Made by a program: the position numbers and the translations under genes
In this document: positions 1-15,000 of the stretch, piece after piece
Layout: the number at the start of each line of letters is the position of its first letter
How positions within the stretch are numbered: the first letter of the stretch is position 1
Origin: Candidatus Omnitrophota bacterium
GTDB lineage: Bacteria; Omnitrophota; Gorgyraeia; Gygaellales; Profunditerraquicolaceae
Direction of reading: 5' to 3'
Length of the DNA: 64,000 nt
Assembly: GCA_041651035.1 (NCBI GenBank)
Contig: JBAZKC010000001.1
Coordinates: 579,244 to 643,243 of the forward strand
The notes under the pieces: generated by a model
What the model was told of the DNA's origin: nothing
Seen by the model: only the letters and a program-made list of their open reading frames with translations
Database searches by the model: none

Positions 1-2
1 CT

Positions 3-3000
3 ACAGAAAACAAAGATAATTCCGAATCCAAAAAAGATTTTCATCCCGGTATAGATATCGCCGCAGATAAAGGCGAAGAAGTGCTCGCTGCCCATAAGGG
101 GGTGGTAGTATCCTGCGGTTATGATAATAATCTTGGTAATTACATAACGATAGACGACGGAGAATATGTCACCAAATACGGCCATTTAGATTCTATTTTA
201 ATCAAAGAAGGTGATGAAGTAGCTGCGGGAGATATGATTGGGCTTGTAGGCGACACCGGTTTGCTTTGTACAGGGCCCCATTTGCACTTTGAAGTATACC
301 GTAGAGTTGGAAATAATTTAGTTCTCCAAGATCCCATGGCATATCTACTTGACATAGTGCCTCCGGATGAAGAGGAGCAGTTGGAAATAGCCAGGCCGAC
401 GGGAGCACTTATAAATACTCTTGATAATATCGCTCCAGACGGTATAAAGGCCGCTCCGGAGGATTTAAAGGAACAGGCTGAAAGCGCTAAAGAGGATAAA
501 GGCTGGGCAGAACTACAGACGAGGTTTAATTCCAAGGATGAAGAAGGGTTTGTCATCGTTTCTATAGAAGAAGGTAAAACGTATGAGGTGGTAAGGAAGA
601 TTCCCGATACCAGAAGGCTTTTAAAGCTTATCTATGACCCCGAAACGCAAATAATAATGTTCCCCGTGTCTTATCAGCCCAGGACGCCGGCGGAAGCAGA
701 GGGTATACTTAAGAAATGGCGTGCTGAGCCCAGCCCCAAGAAGATTGAAGAAGGAGAGAAGAAATTCCAGTATTTCTATGTCTGGATTAAGGGTGAAGAT
801 AAAGATGGCCCTTTTGAAGGCATACTGTTTGGCGGTAAAAAAGCTGCAGAAGAGAAGATGAAATTTACCGCTGATTATTTAAGCGACGCTAATTTCAAGA
901 ATAATATCATGACAGTGCTTAATATTGACGATCCGGTACTGCAGGTTGAAAAAATCAAAGAATTATTTGGCTTGGATGTTCCCGCGCCTAAAAATCCATT
1001 TGTCGCCGTAGAGGTAAAGAGAGATGAATTAGGGTTGATTATCGGCATAGAAAGATTTTATAAGGATAATGAAATCAAAAGCGGCGTGAGGAAAAATTCG
1101 CTCTTAAACCGTTCGGAATTTTATCTTAGCGGCCCCGGCGGAGAGAGAATCTGGTTGAAATACTGGCCGTTTACCGTAGACGATGTCCTGTTAACATTCA
1201 GCAAAAAGATACAGCCTGAGCTTGATGCTGAAGAAAAGGCGCCGTACCGCGGAGATGAATATTTTGAAGATGAAAAGAATCCGTTTGAAAGAGGCGAAAT
1301 CATCCTCGGCAGGGATTATCTTAAGGCTCGTTTTATAGAAACCGTGTGTTTAGACCAACTCCTTGATATGGAAAAAGAGTCTTTGAAGAAATACAACGAT
1401 TATTTAAAGAAAAAGATTATTTTAGAAGTTTTTCTTGCTGGCGCTAATATTGCTTTATCCGCTACAGGAGCGAATGTCCCGGGTGCCGCGATAACCGCTG
1501 CTGCCAGAGGCATTTTTGATTTAATTACCCGGCCGGATAAGATATTGCCCCGTGCGCCTTCAGAAGACGAGAAGAATGAATTCTTCGCTAAGTATGTATT
1601 GATGCGTGATGAATTAGAAAGGGAAAAAGGCAAGGATTACAGTTCTCTTTCTGAAGAGGAAGCAAAAGCCTGGGATGCCGAATTAGAGAAGAGATGGAAT
1701 GACTCAAACGATAAGCAAAAATATATAGAAGAAGCCAAAGGGCTTTTAAATAATTTCACCGCGGAAAATGAAGCAAAAATGTACCATTATGTTGAGCGGC
1801 GCAGCAAGGAAGGCACAGGGTTTTTTATCATGAATTTAATCTCCATAACCGCCAATATCGCAGGAAGCGTATTAAATGAGGATGTGGGGAACGCGTATAA
1901 ATATAGAGTATTAACAGATGTGCTAAATCAGAAGTATGTTTCTTTCCTGGGAGAAGTAAATATACCTCAGGTTATTTCATTAGCTAGCGGTGGCAAGGGC
2001 CTTAACTTTGTTGCCTTAAAAGACTTTGACAAAAGTTATTATTCTGTTGCCGAGAAGTTCTTTAGTATCGTAGGAGTAACTTTGGATCTTAAGTCTGTAA
2101 TTAATGATTTATATGGAATGTTCGCGCCGGTAGAGAAATCCGGGGATGTGCCTTTTACGACTGCCGCCGGTTCGCCGAGGCTGAAACTGTATATCTTTGG
2201 TTTCCCCGTGAGCCTCCTTTTTGAGAAGCAGCTGAATATAGATGTTGAGAAAGCAATTACCGGCTGGGGATTTGAAATAAAGAAAGGGTGGATTAAGTCC
2301 GAAGTCAAGGTCTATGATAGCGAAAGAGATATTGAGATGCTTCCAAAGATGGCTGTGGAAAAACGCATATCTATTGGAAAGATGGAAGTAGGAGAGAAAA
2401 GTTTGACACTGCCGGTATATTTAATCGTAGATGAAGCTCCGACTTCAGGCAGGCGTACTTTCAGGGTACTGGTGCTGGGCGAAAAAGCAGTAGAAAAGCA
2501 AAGAGAGATGATAGAGAAGGATTTGACCAGGTATGCCGATTATACAAAAGCCCTTGAAGAAGCAGGTTATGTAATCCAGGAATCTCCGTGGGGCGGGACG
2601 TATTGGCAGAGATTGTGGAATCATATGCTTATGTCCCATGATTATGAATCAGTCGGGACAACTGCATTCAGAGCAAGTAGTTATACCTGGGATAATCTTT
2701 TATATGTGCATAGATTGCTTCTTTCTGGAGATACTGCAGACGCCGATATCGCCAGGAAGAAACTGGAATTCTTTAAAGATTATGTAGAGGCCACAATGAA
2801 ATATAATAAAGAATTTAGAGGGCTTCCCGCGGCATTTAACGCTTATACCGAGAATGGCGTGGAAGGCCCGACTGTGGCTGTAACGGCGATGTTCGGGATT
2901 GAGATGCTTTATTATGAAAATCATACCGGAGATAAAAATTTCCGTTATGTTGAAGTGGATGATGGAAAGAGGAAGACTACGGTAGATGTAATAGAGGAGG

Positions 3001-6000
3001 TCAACAAGTGGCTTGCCCAGATTCAGAGAGGTTCCGAAGGAGGGGGTGGCTTAAAGTTATTTGCCACAGCCGGAGAACTCAAGAAAGTGTCGGGAGATAC
3101 TTATAGGGTCGCCGAACCGAACGCAATTGTTTATGCTTTCTATAAAGCCTATGGCAATGAAAGAAGCGCGGAGAAAATCCTTAATTGGATTGTGGATAAA
3201 GACACAATGTGGGATGGAACAAGAGGCTTAATCCGCGCTGAAGAAGGCAAGGATTTATATTCCCTTGACGCGCAGACACGTTGGATCCTGGCTCTGGGAA
3301 TTGAGCAGTTTATGAAAGAATTCAATATGAGCAATGAAGATTTTGAAGATTATCTTACCCGCATAGAAAAAGAATTCGGGGTTAAGGTAAGATATACTAT
3401 GCGTAATGGAATTGTTATAAATGACGTAGTTGGATTTGATTTAGCAGATGACTATACGGCGCGGGCATCCAGAAAAATAAACAAAAACGGGGTTGTTGAG
3501 CGGGCGATATTCCCCGAAGCCACAGGGGAAATGATTTTGGTTTATAAGATGGCTTATGAGTATTTTAAAGACGGGCAATATAAAGAAAAAGCGGAACTTT
3601 ACAATGACCAATTAGAGCGCATAGAGGATAAAAACGAATACAGCTGGCCCAGGGCAACGGAACACGCGATATACACAGGTTTTGGCATGGAAAGGACGCC
3701 TTTAGGGTTTTCTGCCATTGCCTCCGGATTGCAGATTGATATTACTGCTTATGGAGATGATGTCCTGACTCCTTTTAAGACAGAAACATTCCTGGGGACG
3801 GGCATGCCGTTATCTTCTATTACCAACGATTACAGGTGGCCAAAAGCAGAGTTAAGCCAGGATGATGTTGTTAATCCAAAGATTGTCATAGGTGAAGATA
3901 ATCGCGCGGTAATGAAAGATTTATTTGAAGTCTTAACTACCGAGAATAACTTAAGAAGGATAAATAATTCCGGAGTAGCCTTAACTGAGGAGCAGCAGCG
4001 AAGGCTTGAGGGGTTGCAACCGAGAAAAGAGCACCTTGTTTATTCTGATCCCTATGCCGGGAATCAGTTTGTCTATATTGATGAAAATGGAACAAGGAAA
4101 CGCATCGTGTTTATGTATTCATTAGATGAAATAAATGAAGGATATAAGCGTGCTCTTATCTCGTATAAGGCTGCTTTAGGATTATCCGATACCTACAAAG
4201 GAGAAACCACAAACGGAGCAGAGGTAAACGGGGCGGTGATACTTAATGAGTTGGTTAAGGTAGAAGGAAGATTAGAAGTAGGCCCGCCTATTTTGGATAA
4301 AGATGGCAATATTGTAAGGGTGGATAAAGATTATGTTAAATCCATACTTGATAAAGTAAAAGAGTTGCCTATTACCGAAAGAATCATTATCCGGTATAAG
4401 CATTTTGCTAATTTCGCGTTGGATGTAGACGGGGATGGCAAGAAAGAGCTCGTAACAGTAATTTTCCCCGTGAACAAATTGACATGGGTGGATGAATATA
4501 ATCCTATAAGTGGCGTAACTGAATTAAATGCTTATCAGGATGGGTTATGGAAATTTTCTATTAGCGAAGACAGAATTACCAGGATATTTTATGATGATAA
4601 AGAGGTAGAAACATATTCTGCGAGTTATGCCAATCCTTTCAAGGATAAGGCTAAGGCGCGGGATACAATAGGCAATGCTGCAGATGTTGACGCGTGGTTT
4701 AACGATAAGCGCATGATAGAGACGACAAAGACGGTGGAATTTTGGTATCCGGACCTAGAGAAAGAAAAGATTGACCTTGCTGCTCCGGTTATCGCGAAGT
4801 TAAAAACAAATATTAAGGGAGAAACTTCATTAGAAACCTATGGTTTATACCCTGAGCCTGTAAAGATTGTTGACGATATGTATATCACCGAGAAACAGTA
4901 TAATGATTATGGAATATTCAAGAGCTCGGTGAGCTACGATAATGGCAATAATGAGAGCGAATTCTCACGGTCGTTAACTGCTAAGCTGCTTAACCCTATT
5001 AAAGGCAAAGAGTGGTTTATCTATACCGCGGATATCCCTCAAGATAAGTTAGCAGAATTAAAGAGCCTTAAAGAATACGGATATAAGAGCACGGTTTTGA
5101 GAAAAGATTTAGCCCATGATGTAACGGATCCCCTTGTTTTTGATAATAAGCATTTTGGAAGGAAAGCGGAATACTTGTATACGGACAGACTGATTGATGC
5201 CTCCGGCAAGGCCAAGGATATTGCCGTGAAAACGGAATATTTATATTACAGTGATTTATCCGATGAGGCCAAGCGGGAACTTATAAATAGCGGCAAAGAT
5301 CCGGTTCTTTTTGAGCTCGTCCCTTATATCACGCGTGTCGTTAGCGCGAATACCGGTAAATTATTGAATGAAGTTAAAACAACCAGCTATGACGCCAATA
5401 CACGCAGGTCAGAAGGCATAGAAACAGACTACACAGGCAAGAAATCCACGAAAACCTGGGATTATAGATGGGAGAGGCCGGTTAAAATCATAAGCAGTGA
5501 TGGCAACTGGATTACGGAACTTGAGCATAACCGGGAGGAAACCAGCACTATATCTACTACTTACTATAAAGGCGAGAAAGTAATTGATTCTCTATCTGAA
5601 TATAACAAGGGAAATCATCAATGGAAACAAAACGATAAATACTTTTATTGGTGGATAAACAAAGAAACGAAAGACAAAGAAGCGAAGTTTACTTTAAATA
5701 CGGAGATCCTGCTTAGCGCTCATGGCATATTAATCCACAGGGATAGCTTGTTTAGCGATGGCATTACGAGAAGATATATTCCCGGATATGATGAGAGTGG
5801 AAGAGAGGTTTACGGCAGGGGAGACAAATCCAATCCTCAGACTAAGAACTGGGGCCATGAATTTGATTACCGCGATTATGATTGGAACAGCGGCGGGTTG
5901 ACTAGGAAAGCAGTCAATAAGATGCGCGGGGATAAATTGACCGGGGAATCATTTGACGACCAGGGCAGGGCTACAGAAGAGATACCGATTACCGTAGAAC

Positions 6001-9000
6001 TGAAGCACATTGGTCGAGGGGAGTTCCTGATAAGCAAGGCCTACCTGCGGGTAAGGTTTATATATGAAGATGACGGCACAGGCTTAAGCTGTCCGTTTAT
6101 AGCGAATAATGGAGAGACAGAAATAGTGGTTAAGGAAACCGGGAAGCCGGAAGAAACACTACTTTGGGTTAAATCTGAAACCGTTGATTTGAAGGTAACC
6201 AGGGATGTAATCAAGGAGGGGCGTTTAGGGGAAGCCAGAGAAGCGGCTATTACAATAAAACTTGATGATTCTCTCAGGCATTTGACTTGGTATGAGACTA
6301 AAGATATTCTACGGCGCAACAGGGCGGTAAAATCTGAAATGTATCTTGATTTCTATGGCGCTACTACTGATGCTGAAAGCCCGGCCTGGACGACCAAACA
6401 GGCTATTGAAAGCGAATATGACGACGATACCAATATACCGCTGTTTACGTTCTATATTGATGCGCCATCCCGTAATCGTGTCATTAATTACTATAAGATT
6501 AGTAATATTATTGTTAAAGATACGAAGGATTATAAGAAGTCAGTTGTAGTAGAATATGATCCTGGCACTGGAGAGCTTACTACTATCATCACCAATAATA
6601 TCTCCCACCGTGTATATGAGGAAGTTAAGGATAAGTATAATAGGTTAAGCGATGTGTATAACGGCGAGCTTGATAGAAAAGGAAGCTTCATTCGCGAAGA
6701 GCACAGGCAGTTTGAATATATAGGCATACCGGGTTTAATCAGCGTACCTCCTACCGGCGGCGCGGCTTCCTTAGTTCCTGTTTCAGGCAAAATACAAGCT
6801 TTAGTTGAACAAGATGGCAGGTTGAAATTGGTAGGAGGGGAATCGCGCTTATTAGGGTGCGACGGGAAGCCCATTAACCCCAATTTACTTGACGATGTGA
6901 AAAGGTTGTTTGATGACAGAGGAAGTGTTACATTCGAAAGCAAGGAAAAATATAGTGTTAATAATGGAGAGCCGGTAGAAATTATCAGCAATATAATTAC
7001 CAATAATTTAGGCAATCCTGAAGAGCGGAGTTATTTTGTCATTAATGAAGACGGGAAGCCGGTACATATATCTACGGTTTTTTCTTTCTATGAATATGGA
7101 AAAGGCAAATACGGCCAATACGACACCATTCAGGCATCTGTGATGATTGTTATAATCGGGGGTGAAGAATATGCTCATTCCATATCCAATAATGCCCAGT
7201 TAATGGAGGACGGGTCAATTGAATTTAAAGTAAAGATAGGTTCTGTAAGGGATGCCGCAGAAAATATCCTGCCTCTTTCAGCTATACGTACTTTTGCTAA
7301 AGACCTTCCCGAGTTTCTTTATTACGAGCGATTAAGAGGCATTCATAAAAATATACCGGGATTTTCTTCCGAACGTTCCTATAAAGAGATCTTGGATAAA
7401 TATGGCAGGCCCGTAATAACATTAGAGAATTATCCAGATTTTGATGAGCATGGTTTCTTCGCCGGCACTCCCAAATATATAAGTTTCCGGTCTTATCCCG
7501 CCTATCCGTTCATTAACATAAGCACAGAGTCCCGTACCTATAAGTATGACCCTAAGAAGGGATACGACCCGGCAAAATACGGCAGATTCCTTTTCGTACC
7601 GTATTTAAAATGCTGGGATAACGCTCCCTGGCAGAACAAAGGTTGGATAGCTTATAGCCATAACTTAGAAATCAGAAACAACAGGTTAATTTATGATACA
7701 AAGGATACAAGAGGGAACGCACGGAGCCTTATTAAGCGGCAGTTTAAATTGGATGGAAGGCTTGATGCTGAGTTATTCAGGGGGGACAAAACACTATATT
7801 ATAATAGTCTATGTTTTCCTACCGGCGGTTCTACAATTAAAGATAAGAAAGGAGAGTATCTTTATAGCACTTATAAGATTTTACGGTCACCAGAAGATAA
7901 CTCTACATTGATCGAGGAAAATGTCGTATCGCGCACACCTATGTTTAAAGCTACTGATGTAATTCTTGATAAGGCTGGTAATAAATGGAGCACGATAGAA
8001 AAAGGAGACTATTTTGTAAGGACAAATGTTGATAAAAACTCAGTCTTGGATCAAGTCTTTAACTCTCCGCCGGGATCTGTTATCGGAGCAATTAGGGGAG
8101 GCAGGTACTTAAAAGACGGTAAGGATGTAGAAGCGGTTTACGGTGGGCTCAAAACTAAGGGGATTGAAGTAAAAATGCCGGATGAGCCATCTATCAAAGA
8201 CAAAGATAAATTTGTTGATAAAGGAAGAGAAATGTTCAGCCATAGCGCCTGGGGGCTTCTATTGTTGCCTGTATTCTTGGTAGCTGTATGGTTTTATAAT
8301 TGGATGAAAGGCAAGAGAAAGGAAAAGAAGAATTTGAATTTACTTTCGTTTGAGACGCTGGTGCAGATTTTAGATAACTATGCAAAAAAGAATAATATCA
8401 ACTTAAATCTGGATATAGAGAAATTCATTGAGAAAATAATATTATTACGGGAGTTCTCCGGGCCGGTTGTTATCGGCAACAATATTCCTTCCGGCGAGGA
8501 AAAAGAAAGAAGAGCAGAGTCCTTGCGCTATTATTTATCAGGCTATGGTTTTTCTGAGGAAGAGGCAAATGTTTTAATCGGCCTATATAAGAGCGGTGAG
8601 ATAGAGCTGGAAGATAAGAGTGTTGACCCAAGGCCAATGCCGCGCGCGCCGCCACTGACAGGCAATGACGTTGTTAGTATTAAAGGACAAATAGAAGAAG
8701 CAGCCAACAATAAGCATTATCCTAAAGCAATAGCTATTTTGTTCCTTCTTAATAGCGGGTTAATTAACGATGAAGATTTAGCCAAGGCTATAGCTGAACT
8801 TTCGGGTAAGAATGGAGCAGTAAAGTGGGACGCGCTTCCTAAGGAATTAATCGTATTAGCCCAAAATAAAGTCTTGGCTGAGATTAAACATAATAATTTT
8901 AATAATGTAAGCAAGCTCCCCCCTACGCCAGAAGCCCGCCTCTTACAAGCATTACACGATAACATGCGCAATAAAAATAGTTTTGTTACCAATAATGAGT

Positions 9001-12000
9001 TCGTTGAGCTTGCTCAATGCTATTCTAACTTTACTAAATTTATCATATTTGGTTTTATAAAAGAAAAGATAATTCAGCCCATATTTAATGACGTATTTAG
9101 CAAAACTTTTGAAGGTAAAGTGCATAACGAAGTTAAAGATGAGATTTTCAAAGGCGTTTTTGCCATAGTGCATACTGCCATTTTGAGAAATCTTAGCCTG
9201 TTGCCTGCTGTAAAAGGGCAGGATATCGCATATAATCCTTATCCTATGAATAGAGCCATAGAGCCTGTTACGGTAAGAGAGCTGATTATCCTTAAATTCT
9301 TGCAATTGCCTTTCTCCTTTACGAATAAACATTCCTTATCTCAGTTATCCGCTATCTGGCCGTTTGCAATATATACTACAAGGAAAGTAAAGGCTATGCT
9401 TGATGAAGTAAAGGTCCAAGATGAAGGAAATGTCCAAGATGAAATCCTTGACTACGTTTCGCACTGGGTAGAGAAATTTAATAAGATTCTTTATGATGAA
9501 CTTGGCAAGCAGCAGAGTATCGTAGGCCGGGATCCTTCGGTAAAAACCAATGAAAGACTCGCAGGCGTCTTTACAGAATTAGATTTCGGAGATTTATTTG
9601 AACGGTTAAGCTTAGCTGGAGATTCAGAATATAGAGAGTACAAAGAGGAGTTAGAGCAGGAAGGTCTCAGTGGGCAGAGGTTAAGACAGGTCACGTTGGA
9701 ATTAGCAAAACAGTATGGCTCAAGATACGCGGCGGAAGAGGATGAAAGAACAGCCAAGGTTATGAGCAGGGAATTCAGGAATACCGTATTATGTATTGGC
9801 GGGATAGGCTTAATTATAGGAGCTATCCTTGCGTATGTTTCTCCTCTTTGGGTGGGGACAGCGGTAATATTAGCAAGTATCCTTGGAAGCCTGGGGATTT
9901 TAGCTATTAAGACAAACTTCGGATTAGCCTATTTCTATAAGTCAAGAATATTTAAGCCATTCTTTAGGTTAAGCAATTACTGGGGTATTGATTCTCGTAC
10001 GCGGAACACCAGACTTATACCAATAGTTACGGTAATGATTGCGGCAGGGCTATGCTTTATTTTTGCTTCTACCTATTTAGCTATAGGAACGGCGCTTATC
10101 TCTTTGGGGGTTATGGTTTCGCCGCTGATCTTGGGTAAGGCAAGTAATCCCAAAGAAAAGATCTTCTGGGCCTCAATCTTCTCAATTACGTCCCTGTATG
10201 TTTTCGGAGTATTGACCCATTTTCTTTTCTGGAGGGTTTCTTTAATTAGTTTATTTAGCCTGGGATTTATATTTACTGCCGGGCTGGTTCTTCTATCTTT
10301 TATACCTACGTTAATGTCTGTTTATCACGTTATAATTGCCGTAAGAAGTTATATGGCCCTGAACGAAGAACTACATAGCGATACCGCAAGGTCACTGGTA
10401 GGCCTTAGGTCTCTAGTTAGAGTTCGTGGTGGATTAACGCGGCGAGGTTTCTTTGAGGGATTCTTTAAGAAATGGCATAAAGAATTTAAGGATACAGAGG
10501 AGTCATATATGCCGCTTACTCCGAATGGCGAGACGGTTACGGAATATTTAGAACGCCTTGTCGTAATTCTCCATAGACGATATTTACTTTCTGACCAGGA
10601 GAAAAATTTATGGCTTAAAGCCTTGCGTGGAGATGAAGGTGGGAGGTTTATTAAACCCGCTTCGCCTAAGGCCGTTGAGATCCTGCGCGATACGTTCTTT
10701 ACCTTAAGTCAAAAGAAGCCTTGCCCGGATATTTATTCTCTTTTACAGTCAACCTCTACTCATGTCCAAGGCGTGGATGAATTGTATACTCATACTTGGG
10801 AAAACTCAGCTTTATTAGGGACTTTTGATAAAAACCCTAAGACAGGCAAGAAAACAAGTTTACTTGGTTATATGGCACGACATCATAAAGACGCCGAATG
10901 GAAAAATGTAATGGATTATATAGAGAGCCAAAAGAAGAAAAGGCACATGTCGTCTAAATATATAAACTATTTTATAAAAGAACTTAAGGATTTAGACGAA
11001 TATAAAGATATAAATAGTATTTTCATAAAGACTTTAAATAAAGTGACCCCGCAGAAGAAAGAGTTTGTGTATTTTATAGTAGACGCCTTAATGGCCTTGC
11101 TTAATGAATTACGGCCATCTAATGCTTCGGTTATTGAATCAATGCGCCAGGATTATATAGAGTATCATTTATATACCTCATATCAATTAGGAGATTTACA
11201 ATATCACCGAGCAGTAAGAGCAATTTCTATGCGATATGATTCTCTTGAGGATGCTTACAGTGCCCTGCGTTTGATCACGCAAAAAAAGAGAGAGCCGATA
11301 GAGAATATTTTTGTAGAGAATTATGAAACGTATCAGCAGCTCGTGGATATCAAACTCAGGCATATATTGCAGAATGTGTCCTTTTGGGCAAATGGGAAGA
11401 ACCCTAAATTTAATTATAATAAGAATTCTCACGAATTGGTATTTGAAAATTTCAACGCCCTTGACAATATCAAAAATTATTTTGAAGAAGAGGGGGCGTT
11501 TACTAGCGAAATTTTAGATTATAAGGGTAAGTCGCCAAAAGATTGGGCAAGAAAGTTTATAGAGTGGAGGAAAAATAATTATGGGAAGATGATGCTCTTG
11601 TTAGAGAAGTATTCTGAATTAGAAGACCCCAAATTAGCAGCAAGTTGGGATTTTGTTTGTCAATTAGGATTTAGTTTAATTGAGACAGAAAAATCTGATG
11701 TGATATGTTCTCTTTATTCCGGCAATCGTAAAAAAGGAGGAGATATTACTGAACGCGGAGATCATAATATTAACCTTGAGACGCCTAAGAATGCTCAAAT
11801 GGCAAATAATTTATGGTTGTTTTACGGCCAATCAGTAAATTATGATGCTCATGTAAGGAACTATCCCGGTCAGAATATATGGCGGATTAGCTGGGCAAGT
11901 TTAGTTGGCAGGAATCCGCATATTGCCGTGGTTAACCCGATGATGAAGATCTGGGCAGCCGACAGCAAGGCATTCCCGGCAACTAAAATCTATACCATAG

Positions 12001-15000
12001 CACAAGAGGTATGGACTTCTGATGTCCAGAGGGCAAGAAGAGGCGCTTTAACCGCCTACGGCAAGATGATGATAATTCCTCAGATGGTTTCTGTAATGAC
12101 ACCTCCAGGAGAGGATTCAGAGGCTTTTATGTACTTGCAGAGGTCCAATCCTCAATATGAAAGCACCCAGATTGACTGGTTTATGTTTGAATGGGGCCGC
12201 GCTGCGCTATTTGCTGAATCTATCGTAGGGACAGAAACGCGCTACGGATATAACTGCACACGCATGTTCTCTGACAGGGGCTCATTTGAAGTGTTGCTTA
12301 ATAAAGACCTGGGGTATGATAAGAAGTTATCCCATCTCTTTTTATTCTTCCATTATTTCGGGGCCATATTTTCACTTGCCCTTTTAATGACCCTGCCGTT
12401 TATATCTCCTTTCAGCGCTTTTGCTTTTCTCAAGCCGGCTATCGCATTTGCGGCTTCAGCCAATCTGTTAATGGAGGCAATAAATCTCTGCGATTTCATC
12501 AAGCATTTAAGGAAAACCGGATCTTTCTTGATGGCTATGGCATTTACGGTAAAGGATATTATTATTGCATTGCCGGTTTTTGTTTTCTTGATACCATACT
12601 TCTTTAGAGCTGTTTGGCTTGCTAGTAACGAAATTTTCAGTTTTATCCTGACCCGGAAAGATGCACTTTTACAGAAAGTCAGCAACCAGCAGCGTTGGGA
12701 TGATAAAGATTCTGGTATAATGCTTTTCCGTTTGGGAGGTAAAAAGAGATGGCCATTAAACGGTTTATTGGGGCTAATCGGGATAGCCGGCTGGTTAGTC
12801 AATTTGTTTACAGTAACTTCTTATGGCTCGGTAATTATTATTCTCTATTTGGCCGCGGGTATTGTCTTCTTATCAGGAATGTATGTTTGCGGTGCGTTTG
12901 TGGATAGAAAAGGCAATCTTAAGGGCTATAGCTTTTGGGCCATGTTTAAGATGCTGCCGTATTCGATTAGTAAAACAATATCATATTTTCCTGTGGTAGG
13001 TAAATATTGGGATTGGGTGGTTTATAAAATATGTAAACCTTTAGAGAAGGGGCTCATTAATATTCCAACTTCGTGGGGATTGAAAGCACGATTAAAGTTA
13101 TCCAGGCCATTAAAACCTTTTAGTTTAAAATCTCCCACGTTGGTAGGGCGTCTTAGTAAAAATATTGTTACTGGTGGGGTGTTCATTTTCCGAGCCATAA
13201 TCCGCACTATAACAGTTCTAATGGCTTTTGTTATTGGCTTTGGTCCAGCTTTATTAAGCGGGGTACTTAGTAACCCTATTAGCCTAACATTGCTTTTTAT
13301 ATCTCTGCCTTTGATGGTATTTGTCGGTTCGTTCTTTAATGGTTTATTCACTCCTTATTGGATATTGCGCGGAATCTTAAAAAATAATGAATGCCATACT
13401 AAAAAGCAACCCGCTGATTCATCTTCTTCGTCCTTGTCTTCTCCATCTGTGTCTTCTTCACCCTTGGTCTCTCCGCAGCTGGTTAAAAATTTAAGGTATA
13501 ATTCAAGCAACCCGGTGTCTAGTATTAATCCTGATAGAACTTATTTTGATCTAGCCGAAATGTATGCTAGCTCTAGCGCTATTATGAGTCCTTTAGGACG
13601 ATTAGAAAAGCTTTCCATAGAGGTCAATGTTCTTGATATACCAATTGAAAGAACGTCGTTTGGGAATCTGTTGATTAACAACGGATATTCCAAATCGTTT
13701 ATTCAATATTTACTTACTAATCCAGAAGTTAGAATATTTGAAGCTAATCGGGGAAAGTATGTTTCATATAGTATCTTTAAGTTGATAGAGAATTCTACTT
13801 TAAAGGAAGCGTTAGAAATAATAAATAAATATTTCCTACCTCTTAATGAAAATAATCCAGATATTTCTGCTTCGGTAGATTTTGAAGAATTTCTAGATTT
13901 ACAAAATAAATATAAATCCGGAGAACTTAATCTCAATCACAGTAAAGTATCGCAATTTGATGTCATTCTACCTAAAAAGCAAGTGAGGAGTTTTGAAGAT
14001 GCGATTTTACAAGAAAGGATGTTTTTGTTTAATCTTGATAACGAAGGAAAAAAGATGGTTGCAAAGGGAGAGATTGCTGAGATAGTCTCTGCTGGTGGCA
14101 CTTCTGGGAGATTCTTTGGTTATAAGGTAAATATACCTGAAAGTAGAAAAATAAAAGCCATTGTTCCTATCTGGAAAATTATGGGACGGCTATTAAGTAA
14201 TGTTGAAGTTCGTATGAGATATTTGAAATATCTAGTGGAAAATACCGGCAAAGGGCATATACCTTTGGTGATTATGGGCAGTGGTAATAATATTGAGTAT
14301 TTAAAAGAAATAACACGAGGCTATAAAGTTTATCCAGAGGGAGATTTATATTTTTATTCTCAGGGTGAAATAGCAAGACTAAATCCGGCTGAGAAAGATA
14401 TCAGATATTCGGGCGCTCCAATTGATGATGGGAAATATAATCTTCCCCATGGGGAAGACGCAGATGCAAATGTGTCACAATGGTTATCCGATAATGGTGA
14501 GATAGGAGGTATTTTCAGAAATGATGACGGGACATATACTGGAAAGCCAATTGGTCCTTTTGATATTTTTGCTAGATTGGTTTTAAGTAGAAGGCTACTT
14601 GAGTTAAGAGAAAAAGGAGTCAGGGTTATCCATCAAGCAAATGGTGATAATGTAGGGGCTATTTTAGATCCAGCCAAGGCAGCCTATTTGATGAAGAGAC
14701 GCGATATTGACATGTTGGTGCTTTTTGTAAGGAAAAATATGATTTATAGTTTAAGCAAAGATAGCCAAGTTTTTAATGAGCAGATAAGGACTAATGATCA
14801 TTTTGCTTTCCAAAATGGCGTAAAGGATTTCATAGTTATTACCAGAGATGGAAGAGTTATTAGCCATAATTTGCCAAAAGGAGTCAAGCCTATATTAAAA
14901 GAAAGTAAACTATCTCTTACATTTAAAGAGGAAGCTTTAATATCTAATATTGAAGGGCAAGGTGAAAAAGGCGGAGTTCTTGTTCATGCTCTAGGAGAAG

